Below are positions 22,209-33,069 of a DNA stretch of 64,000 nt, in pieces (position 1 is the first letter of the stretch; the number at the start of each line of letters is the position of its first letter). The stretch is from Guillardia theta CCMP2712 (lineage: Eukaryota > Protista > Cryptophyta). The notes beneath the pieces were generated by a model, which was given only the letters and a program-made list of their open reading frames with translations, was not told where the DNA came from and made no database searches. The stretch spans positions 1 through 64,000 of the forward strand of contig NW_005434666.1 of NCBI RefSeq assembly GCF_000315625.1, written 5' to 3'. Both the position numbers and the translations under genes were made by a program.

Positions 22209-24484
22209 ATGAGTGGCAAAGACCCTTTGTTTTCTGTTTGCTGCGTCATTTTCCTGATTCAGCTTGCGCGAGGGAATGTAGCGAACATATTCAACCCCAC
22301 TAAGATCAGCTCGTTTGCTACTGTTGGCTTCCACCTAAAGCAGGACACAGCAATGCGCTTCTTGCGTGGACGAGTTGGGGCGTTTGGAGACTTCGACAGC
22401 GACATGTACACTGATATGATCTGGATCTCCCAGGACTCCTCAAAGATTCTTGTCTCGCGTTGGGATCCGAATGACAACAACTTCGAGAACCCAGGAAATC
22501 CTACCTCGCTGCAAGCGATTATTACGTTACCTGCAAATGTTACGGACAAGGCCATCAATATCATTCCAGCTGACTTCAATTATGATGGTAAACTTGACTT
22601 GCTTGTCACAGCAACAGACTCGCTGTCTGGTGAGAGCATTCTACTTCTCTATTTTGGCAACAACCGACATTTCACAAGTAAACCACTCAGGCTTGCCTCT
22701 TCTTTTGGACAAACGTTAGTGCTCGAGGCTAATGGAGATATGAAGCCAGACTTGTTTGGCGAGCAGTACCTTGTAGGAGGAGATGGCAAGGAGTACGTTG
22801 CCAGAGGCTTCTGGCTGAATACACTAAGTTCGTGGCCAGACACATGCCTCAACGGCATCCAGGATGGCGAGGAAGAAGAGATTGACTGCGGTGGTCCTTG
22901 CTTGCCATGCCCCTGTCTAGGCTTTGCGTCGCTTGAGTTGTGTGGCTTCAATTTACATACATCAAGAGATATGACAGACAGTGCTTTATGGCCTCTGTCA
23001 CGGACAAGAGCGCACTCATTCGCAGACATCAATGGTGATTGTCTCGCTGATCTGATCCTGGCCAGTGAGAAAGATTTATCGAGCATGTATGAGGTGTGGA
23101 TCAACCGAGGGCCCAATGGAACTATCCCAAACTTTCTTCCACCGGACCAGGACCTTATGCTCTCGCTTCCAAATGGAGCTGGTTCTGTAACAGTTGCAGA
23201 CGTGAATCGAGATGGAAGCCTTGATCTCGTTTATGCTGCTGTGAAGGAGTGCAATTACAAGCTTGCTGACCGAACGTTACAGCAGCCTTCTTCTCCTTGC
23301 CTAGAAAGCCAACTGCTCGTTGCCTACAACAGTCGGACGGACAAAGATCGCCCATCGGGAGCGCTATGTAGTGGCGCAGCGAAAAACACCATAGGTGAAA
23401 AGAGCAGCACAGGACTTCGCGTAGGGACAGTGGTGATGTCAAATGCAGACTTTGCAGGGTCAAGACTGTTGCATAGCAACGAGATTCTCCCAAACAATGT
23501 TGCAGGAGGACAGGGATTCAGTGTGGTGGAAGACTTTGGAATGGATCCGATGATGGTCCGAGCTGGAGATTATGATCTCGACGGATACGTGGATTTGCTT
23601 CTCCCCCTGAGAGACAGAGATCAACAGAGCCGACTTGCGCTGCTAGTCAACACAGGAGGGGGAAAATCTTTCCATAGGAAAGTCTGCGCTTCAGGTTGCG
23701 ATCTTTCTGATTTGAACAGCATCAAAGGAGTGTACGCGGGCTCGTTCTTCGACCTGAATGAGAAGGGGAACATGGACCTTGTCGTACTCCACGTCGACTC
23801 CTCCATGGACCTCAAAGTAAAAATCCTTCAGAGCAACTTCAACGACCAAGGAAACTTGTTCCTGAAGGCGCAAGGGCTCAATGGTGTATGCCCAGAGTGG
23901 TGCCCTCCTCCAACCCCTTTCCCCGACCCGAAACCTTTCGGAGTCAATCAGCATGGCGTTTCTTTCAAGTACATCATGCAGGTAAGCATCAGCAAGCGCT
24001 CTTCTTTGCTCTTCTGATCTCCAGCTTTAGGATCTCTCCAGTCGCAGGTTGACAGCACAAGCAGCCCAGCTACATCAGAGCAGCCACAACGCACTGAATC
24101 TGCCGTATAGCATGTTCGGGCTTGGGCCAGCCTCCTACTACATCGAGCAGTTCTATATGGGCGTGCCGATGTCTCTGCAGTGGGGCCTAGATAGGAGCTA
24201 CATGAGTTGGATGGGTGTCATCCCCAACTCGCAGCTCGTTGTCTCGCCGACAGACAGAGCAAACGTCGACTACTGGTGGATCCAAGCGTATGGTGAGTGC
24301 GAATGGCATCAAGGGAGGCTGGATAACATTCTTTGCAGTTCACCCATCGGAAGGGATTGTGTATGTTGCTATCGTACTCGCCGTGACGCTTCTCGTGCTT
24401 GCAGCATCGATATGGTTCCTCGAACGACGAGAGAAATACCAAGATGAAATGGAAAAGAAGCTAACGGCACACGCATTCTTGTGA
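22209..24484 (+). CDS. ITFG1: ITFG1/LINKIN (T-cell immunomodulatory protein)-like FG-GAP repeat membrane protein, 3 exons
   Basis: Signal peptide; GAFGDFDSDMYTD and several D-x-N/D-x-DG-x-x-D repeats; PYSMFGLG, IPNSQLVV; C-terminal TM plus ERREKYQDEMEKKLTAHAFL tail. Confidence 0.88.
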
Positions 24485-24899
24485 TACTGATGAGAGAACT
24501 GGGAGGGAGAAAACATTTGTTTACTAATATACACGTCCATAACGTCAACAACATTATTGCATTCGAAACGATGAAACTCTATGAAGATCTTCCATAGGCG
24601 TAACCCCAAAACTTTCGGCATAGATCGCCTCTACAGGTGACCTTTGTGGGCGGTCGAATGAGTGGCCGTGCATCTTCCTCATCACCATCTGCAACCAAGT
24701 AAGAAGAAAGCACTACTATTGAGACAGTATTACATTCGCATAGTACCGCGAGCCACTTGTAGCCTGAGATCTTCTCTTGGATCGCCTCTCGTCATTGACT
24801 ATGAAGCTTTGAGTCGCCAAGAATTGTTTAGGCGATGTGCTTCGCTTGTCAAGAAATGAGCGCGAGTGACTGCTGGAGGGATTGACGTTGTGAACGATA

Positions 24900-25820
24900 T
24901 CAAGGTTCGAGCCCCAAAAGTCCTGGTTCAAAAGTCAACACAACAAAAACCATCAGCTTTCATTTCACCTTATCGAGCGCTACTGATGGAGCGACCATTG
25001 ACTTGGATGAGGACTTTAACAAGTCAGAGCAATGCATCCAGCGCTCTTCTTCTTGTTGTACTAGTTTTGCCAAAAGCTCTGCCTCGTCTCCATCCAATTC
25101 GTTCTCGCGATTGGATGGCCCGGGATAGCTGTTTTGTCGCAAAATCTGCGGCCTTTCCCTTCCCGCAGGTCCGGCATTCATCCCGTATTGTGCAAGCGGG
25201 CTGACTTGATGACCCAGAGGTCCAGGATCAGATGAGATCCGGGCTTTGAATCTGGAATCACTAGAGCCTGAGCTTGACCTAGTGATCTCATTCTGACATT
25301 TCCTACTACCTCTTGTTGATTTTCGTTCCTTTGCGTTGCAAGCTTGAAGCATTGCACGAGCAGACATCGTCATGGTCACTAATCCAAATGCGATCAACGA
25401 AACATAAACAACTGTCTGAGGATTCGACGAGGCACGATTCAGGCGTGTGTCCGATAAAAACGAGTCCCGAGCTCGCTCCATGGAGTATGCGTTCTGACTG
25501 CTTGTGTTCAAGTGCTGAAGAACTAAGTTTGAGCCCTCGAACAATCACAGTGTATGCCTTGTCTTGTCTTTGATCTTGCACCCTTTGTGAACAGCTCTTA
25601 CAGCCCTCTAGTCACCTCCATCGAGACAACTCTGGAAACCTAAGGACTGAAAGCTGCAATACTTGCGATGGATTGAAGACAGATACGATGATAAAGGAAC
25701 CGAAGGCCAGACGAGTAGAGCTTGAGGAAGGAGTCGGACAACAACAGGAGACTGATGGGCGAGGAGAACTGCAAGAGGAATACAGTACCCGCCCTCTGAG
25801 AAAAGGAACACAACAATGAA
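24900..25820 (-). CDS. Hypothetical protein with TM segment, probably multi-exon
   Basis: ORF 24960-25544 (VVYVSLIAFGLVTM) and an upstream hydrophobic ORF 25640-25846. Confidence 0.35.
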
Positions 25821-26233
25821 GAGATCAACTTGGTCGAAGAGGACACGAGGAGGAATTGATACGCACGGGAGATCTCGATAAAGATACCTTGAACCCTGCA
25901 AGTTTGAGCCTGGGGATTTCCGGCTTGGGACTTTTAAAAATCAGTTATTGCAAGATTGAGGCTGGATACGGTAGGGGGTAGGGTAGTCCTTGTACCGGTT
26001 TTTTTCCCGATAAAACAGGACCCCATTTGCAACCAATTCGCAGCACAGAAGGGTGTAACGGTACCGTGATATTTAAATATATTTATCAAAGCTGGTACTA
26101 TACGACCTCCACAGAACGGCAGAAGCGGGAAAGGTCTTGAAGAAGCTTAGTTTGGTCATATCTAAATGCTCCCGTGGTCACCTGCTGACCTCTTTCTCGG
26201 AAGGGGTCGCTGACAGCCACACGAAACTTTAAC

Positions 26234-27360
26234 GTGTTTCAGGAGTTCATAGTTGAATATTCCAACTTAGAGGAATTGATCTCCCGAAATTCGAAATCCT
26301 TTGCCCGTAGATCGACAAAGTCAATTCAATGTTCAATTGCAAATTTGATTTTGCAAACTTTGAACAACATTAGCAGGGGAAAGTACTCGAATGGTTGCGG
26401 AAACATCCGCATGCCCACCGAGAGAAGGGCGGGGACTGTCAAACCACCGGTTGTTTCGACCGAATTTGGAGGGATGATTCTAGGTACTATCGGTTATTTC
26501 CGCTGCTTGCTAGACTGTGATTTTACTACTGGAACTTGGTTGACACAAGCACTCACAGTGATCATGGCATGCGTGCAACAAGCGATGGATCCGCTTGCTA
26601 TTAGCACCATGCAACAGAACTTCGACGATCTCTTTTCTTTTGACATTGACATAGTCGAAGAAAAGATTGACACCATTCTAGGGAGTGATTGGATACAATC
26701 AGTACCTGTCCGAAACAAAGATTCAAGCTGCAAAGCAGAACTCGAGGATGAAAAAGAAGAATATCTCAAGTTGTTTGGTATTCAGAAGGACCTAGACAGC
26801 TACTTGGCCCAAGAAATTTCTGGCAGGAACCATCAGTCTGAAGAAAGCGAAAAGCTTTCAAAATATCTGAACATTTGGTAGCATTTTGATTATTCTTCCC
26901 AAGTCCGTGTTTTCTGAGAGTGGTTCTCTAAATCCTTTTTGTAAAACGCATCCAATTGATTAAAAATCTTCAAAGCATCTATGCATGGAAATGCTTGTGT
27001 TTGTTTCAATCTGATGAAGTTCCCTGCTGAGATTCACTGGGATACTCAGGAATGTTTGTCTCATGCTATCTTAATGAAAAATCATCCTTGTTGGAAATGT
27101 GGCCGACAAACACCGAAACCATCGAAAAGCGGGCAGAGCGGACCATAGCCCTGATGCGATCTGAACATTCCATGCACATCAAGAAGTACTCGAACCCCTG
27201 TGGGTGCAAAGCACCCAAGTCTTCATATGCTGCATCGGGAAATTGCTGGAAAAATCAATTCAACAAGCAACCTGAAGAAACAATAAGTGACCCCAAACAA
27301 GCTTGGCTCAAACTAAACTTGCTGTCCAGGTGCTGAGGATGACAATTCTAGAGTCTGGTC
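26234..27360 (+). other. Unidentified ORF or degraded coding relic adjacent to repeat copy B
   Basis: 215-aa ORF followed by frame-broken segments; weak resemblance to a hAT dimerisation region. Confidence 0.25.
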
Positions 27361-27516
27361 ATGATTCCACATCGTGACTGTGAATGGCTGACTTTCTGTT
27401 CGACTGGTGGATAGTATGACTGTGCGAAACCTTATCACGGGCACAACTTGGCAAATACCGTGGGGCCGTAAGAAGTTCACCTTGCTATGACTCTGCCTCC
27501 TTACTTCAACTTAGGT

Positions 27517-28097
27517 AGAGGAGGCTTAACCCTAACACACAGGCCATACGGCTTGAAGAGAAACGAGGGTGAGAACCAACCCTTACCCTGGACCTTTCCC
27601 CCCGCGCCATGCCGGCGATGTCGCTCAGTGGCCGCCGCCGAAGGAATAAGACGCATACCGGAACGCACCCCGGGCCCGCGACGATGGCAGCGAAAGACAG
27701 GAAGGCCTTGAGCTGATGAAAGATCCTGGACCGGATGCATTTACAAGTCGGATCACCTGAGACGTCTTGCGAGGCCGAGAGACCATCCAGTGCTGCCGTT
27801 ACCTTGTTCGACAGTCGCCGTGCGATCTGCCAGCCACCACAGCCTGCAGCGCAACACACAGAGTCATCCTGCAAGAGTCCATCAGTGCTGGCGATGATGG
27901 GAAGAAAGGCTTTTGGCGGGATGCGCTGAGCATATGCATCACGATGCCCTGCGACTCGGATTTTCCTCTGTGCTGTAATGCTGCTGTTTGCAGTTCGCTC
28001 CCAGCCAGGTTTCGGACATTTCCCGATTATACCAGCCAGTTTGCTCCGAGCCAGGTTTCGGGCATTTTCCACCTATGCCGGTCAGTTTGCTCCGAGC
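27517..28097 (+). repeat. Dispersed repeat family R, long copy B, ending in ~2.5 tandem 46-bp units
   Basis: Homologous to 17750-18350; units resembling CAGTTTGCTCCGAGCCAGGTTTCGG begin at 27991, 28037 and 28083. Confidence 0.9.
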
Positions 28098-29225
28098 GTT
28101 GTTAAAAACTGTGACACGTGGCATGCTGCCATGTTACATGCTACCAAGTCCAGGATCAATCCCTGCCCATCTGCCTCCAGTAGCCGGCCAGGGGCTGCAG
28201 TTGCGGAAGTTCAAACATCCCCTACGTGATGAACATCAGGGCCATGTTGGGGCAAACATTCTTCCTGGTGCCGAGAACGCCTTGCACATGGACGCGGTAT
28301 CTCCCCCCTGAATCTTTCATGGGGGTACTGAGGACGGCATTGTACTTTTAATGCGCATCAGTCCATAACGGGTTGCGGTGCTTGCGGGTTGCCATGTGTG
28401 TCGGGTCCTGCCAGGATGACGGAGAAATCATCCGACGGGTGGCAGTTATGCAGTGCAGCAAGAGGTCAATCGGCAGTCCATGAAGAACTGGTTGCCAGTA
28501 GCAGCCACCAAGCTCATGGCTCCCGGAAGTGCTGCCCACTGCCAGAAAGAATCCTAAGGTTTGGAGGAAGCTTCCATATCTGAGTGCCAGATCGTGTGCG
28601 CAGGGGGAAAATGACTCAGTGAGACAGAAGTTCATTGAACCGGGTGGCCTGGTACTCGGCGAAGTCACAGTGGAGTCTGACAGTAGAGAAAGGGGAACTG
28701 CAGGAGGGATTGAGCCGTGAGCACCCGCTGGGCTGGGATGAACTTCCGTTGAAAGCAAACTGGCAGACGTCCCCAATAAATCAGGCGAGGGGATCATAGC
28801 TATGATCCTCTTCTTCCAGTCGTAGCGCAATGAAGCTCCGCCCCTGCTCCGCCTGCCGGCAGCGGACTCAAGAGCTTCAAGGAGCCAGTAGAGTGGCGGG
28901 GGTCACGTAAAACATTTGTATGGCGTGAGAAATTCCCTGTGACACCATTCATATATATATTAAATTGGAGTTACAACGATTTAAAAAGGATTTTTGCTTC
29001 AAATACTTGCATGAGATAGCTAAAATGTCGTGAAAATAGTAAAAAAGGTACAAATGCTCCCAACAAAATCGGTTTTAGTTGTATGGATTGTCCGTGCTAT
29101 ACAACGAGTGTTTTAAAAAAGAAGGATATGATATTGGGGCCAGGTGCATTTCGACCTCTTGGGTCGGCAATGGCGAGCGCACGAGGAGGGATAGAGTGGA
29201 GTCAAAAACGCCATAAAAACCAAGC

Positions 29226-29323
29226 GAAATGATGTGAGATGAAAAGAAACAGTGAATGGAATGAAATGAGATGAAAAGAAACAGTGATTGAAATGATATG
29301 AGATGAAAAGAAACAGTGAATGG
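29226..29323. repeat. ~32-bp tandem repeat x3 (core TGAGATGAAAAGAAACAGTGA)
   Basis: Read directly from the sequence. Confidence 0.85.
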
Positions 29324-29499
29324 TGTCATGTGCATTGACGTGTCGAGGAAAAGTAGAATAGAGAAGTAGCGAGTGCAATTTGATTGGATGTCTGACGATG
29401 TGTGTAAGATTCCTGAGTAGAACGAGACATACTGCTTTGTTTCAGCCATGAAGGATGTTTTTTTTTTGTCTGATTTCCAACTTAGATTTTTGATAATCT

Positions 29500-31166
29500 G
29501 CATAATGCACGTCCAAACCTCGACAAAGTGATTCAGACTAAGTCGGAATGGATACTGATTCCCTGCAAAGGTAAACTTGATTCGATTCTAGCGTGTGTGT
29601 CTCGCTTTTGTCAAACCTCCTGAATTTCATCCTCAACCTTGCAGAGCGTTCTTGAGTTATCGCTCACCAAACACGTCACCGAGGCACTATCGGATTCCAA
29701 GCTCACAAACCAAACAAGGAAACATGCCAGTGAGCGCCAGTGAACAAGAAGCTGCACAAGATCCCATTGACAGTGACGAGGAAAGCGACAAAATATACGC
29801 AGCAGCAGGCAACTCGCATCATACACATGAAGCCTTGTTTCTTGTACAAGAATCTCTTGGAAGCAAGTCAGGTATACGTGACCAAGACAGTCACGGGAGG
29901 GAAAGGAAAGAAGAGATACGAAGATCTCTTCCAGGTATGCATGCGCTAGAATCTATTGATAATGTTTTATGATTGCGATACTACAGGCCCAGTAAAGAAC
30001 GACTCCGGCTATCAGGGAGTCATTGAAGTCAGGGACTCACACGTGTCTTTGCGGGGAATGCACTGTAAGAAAAAAGATGATTGCCATCGTAAATCTTGAC
30101 GGACGGCGCAGTATTTTGCAGCATAAGTGGAGATGGAAGGCTCGAGATATTTTCCGCATTGAGTTACCGGTATATTCACTATACGTATTGAATCATTCGA
30201 CTTGCTAAATCAGAAATAGAGATAAGATCTGCCCCGTTGGAGTCTTCGATCTCAACCAGACATTTGTATGTTGGCAGAGTTTGTCCTTGAACTTTCACTC
30301 AAATATGACTCGAATTTAAGGTTGGAGTGATTCAATCTATTCCAACTATGTTCACGTTAAGTACGTTCACCGTAACAAGGTTTGTTAAATCACTTCCTCG
30401 GTGCGCTTTTGATGGATAGCATGCCAGTGTCGAGGACATAGAGCGGAATGAAGGCGATGTGCTGTACTGCTTCAACGATGTGAGTTTAAACACGTGATAT
30501 TTTCTAGTTATGACATGATGCAGTCTCCATCTGCATGTTTGGAGTGGGTCTTTGCCCTCACGGTGTGCGAAGAGTGCGAGTCTTTTGTTCAACTCGTAAC
30601 ACCAACGTTTCAGGAATACGGAGCAAAGACAAATTTTGCCTTAGAGGAAGTGGATGAAAGAGGTGAGATCATCTTTCCGAGATTTTTCTGGTCTCTTTTC
30701 TGAGGTGCCGATTTTTTTTTCCGTCAGATGAACTGAAAAGAAAGGCGAGGTATGATGCACAGTCCTTGCGTCTGAGATGATTGACTTGTTGGGGCAGGGG
30801 AGGTTGCAGACACAGTCAATCCAAGTCATTGTCACCACTCCCTCGTTTCAAGAGATTAAATCTTGGTAGCCTTGCCGACCTGATCTTAGGGTCTGACGAT
30901 CGATTTGACGTTCAAATCACAGAAGACATCGTTGTGTCGCGAACCGAAAGTGACATGTCGGATGCGGTATGCTCTTTGTGTTCGCCTTGAGCCCTTGCTG
31001 ACAGCTTTGGTGCGCACAGGGCACCGAAGAAAGCTTGTGGATACCTAGAAGCAAACTGGAAATAATGGATGGGAAAGCAAAAGAGCTGGAAGGACAGGTT
31101 GGAGTCCCTGGAGGCGGTTCCAAGGAAATTCCAGGTCTGAGGACTTGTCGAAATCGAAATTGTTAA
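29500..31166 (+). CDS. Hypothetical multi-exon gene (approximate)
   Basis: Regularly spaced ~50-nt GT...AG introns (e.g. near 29935, 30170, 30480, 30663, 30750) separating short open exons. Confidence 0.35.
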
Positions 31167-31299
31167 TTCTATGCGCAGTCATTGGTAGATCTCCCAGCTC
31201 TCCATGTTGCAGCACAAACAGACGATCCAGCTCGCCCATTGCTTTCTTGACAAGTTTATTCCAAGCATCGTAAAGATAAATGTTGAATCTATCACTGTT

Positions 31300-32358
31300 C
31301 TAAAATCCATCCTTTCCATACCCCAACTCTTCGTTGTGGAAGAAGTAGACGATGGCGATCAAGCTTGTGAAAAGTACTGTGCAGAACGCAATCACCTTTC
31401 CATATTGATACCAGAAATTGTCCTCATGCCACAAGTGCGAAAAGTAACCCAAGCCCATGACCATGCCCGCTACAAATCCTCCCATGTGCGCAGACATGTC
31501 AACACCAACAGAGAAGGAAAAGACAAAGATAAAGATGAAAGAAAGCGAAAGTGAGAGAATCAACATCTTCTTCTGCAGATCTCCCAGCTGCCTCCACATA
31601 CCAGTGATGTATGCCACTTGTGCTCCAAACAAGCCGAAGATAGCACCAGAGCATCCAATGGACAGCGCCTGCGGAGCAAACAGCACGGACAAGATATTTC
31701 CGTAAATTCCTGCGCAAACGTAGATAATTGCAATCTGAGCTGCTCCCCACTCACGCTCAAGCTGAATTCCGAACATGCACTGCGTGAAAGCGTTGATGAG
31801 CAAGTGGAAAAGGCCAGCATGTAGCATTATTGGCGTGATAAGGCGCCAATACTCTCCAGCAGCAATCAGAGGAGCAACTTTCCCTCCCATCACTGCCAAG
31901 ACAGGGCTGGGGACATCAAGGATAGCTGACCAGCTGTTGCTGAGCGCCACTTCGATTACGAAGACAAGTACTTGTAACATGGTGATAATTCCGATGAAAG
32001 TCTGTAGCTGCGATAGGTACCATTTCTGACGATTCTCCGAGCATGGGTTCCCGAGGCAGCAAGGACAACACATAGCCATCGGTAGCTGCCAGGGAGATAG
32101 CGATGAAACGGGAACGGTTTCACCACATGCATCTATAAACACTTCACTGGCGCCCACACCGCCCATGCTGTACTGGTCAGGGATGGGAGTATACCCCCCT
32201 GCCGTGGTGTAGTTTCCACCAGCAGCCCCCATTCCACCACCTCCTGCTCCTGCTCCTCCTGCCCATGGGTTTGGCGTGGGGCTGACGAAACTGGCTTGCC
32301 CAGTACCACCAGTTGCTTCCCGCTCTTTGCGGATATCATCCATAGTTCGAATAGGCAT
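31300..32358 (-). CDS. Rhomboid intramembrane serine protease (single exon)
   Basis: GEYWRLITPIMLHAGLFHLLIN, catalytic IGCSGAIFGL and SAHMGGFVAG motifs. Confidence 0.95.
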   Translation of the reverse strand: MPIRTMDDIRKEREATGGTGQASFVSPTPNPWAGGAGAGGGGMGAAGGNYTTAGGYTPIPDQYSMGGVGASEVFIDACGETVPVSSLSPWQLPMAMCCPCCLGNPCSENRQKWYLSQLQTFIGIITMLQVLVFVIEVALSNSWSAILDVPSPVLAVMGGKVAPLIAAGEYWRLITPIMLHAGLFHLLINAFTQCMFGIQLEREWGAAQIAIIYVCAGIYGNILSVLFAPQALSIGCSGAIFGLFGAQVAYITGMWRQLGDLQKKMLILSLSLSFIFIFVFSFSVGVDMSAHMGGFVAGMVMGLGYFSHLWHEDNFWYQYGKVIAFCTVLFTSLIAIVYFFHNEELGYGKDGF

Positions 32359-33069
32359 CTTCCCTTGCTAACACTGTAGACGAAGAGAACTCACAACAAG
32401 ACGCTCGCTGTCATCTGTCGCAGCATGTCAGCCACTACTGCACATCGGCGCTTCGAAGAGACGCCTCGTCCTCACCTGCCTCCTCCTACTGCTCTCTGGT
32501 GCTGCTTCCTGCTCCGCAAATAACGAAGAGTCAAATATTTGGGGTAAAAGGTCTGGAGGCTAAGGGTCCTTACTATACCAATCTGCATTAGAAGATCATT
32601 TAAGAAATGTGGTATGAGCGAGCGATGCAAGGGTGATCAATACACTCGAGCCGAAGGAATGCGCTGCCGCCACTTCTACTCTATTGGCTCAAGCTCGCCT
32701 CACCAGGTTCAGGCTAATCATATTATGAGCCTCAGGTGGGTCCCTGCATTTCCGCATGGGGTCAGGGCTCAGAGGGGGTACATAGCAGGGAAGGAATCGG
32801 TAGTAGTGGAGTCCTAGGAACTCCTAGAACGCTAGAAAGAGGATCGTCGTGACCTAAAGGTACACGTAGTGGTCAGACTTTTGGAGAACGTCGGGGTGGG
32901 TGGGTAGTGGAGGGGAGGTGGGTGGTTGGAATGGTGGGGTGCCCAATAGGTTTCTAGTTGTGCTGGGGTAGGGTAATATAGAACAAGCAAGGTATGGCCT
33001 GAGATCGAGGGGGTAGTGGTGATAGGTTGTGGGGGTAGGGTGAAAGTGAAAGGGGACTTCAAGCAAGGC

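Noticed and set aside
27705-27745. CTGATGA followed by a hairpin in repeat R as a hammerhead ribozyme
   Set aside because: No GAAA after the putative stem II and no closing stems found in either copy.
28100-28880. Possible retroelement coding remnant after repeat copy B
   Set aside because: No RT, integrase, recombinase or gag motif in the frames examined.
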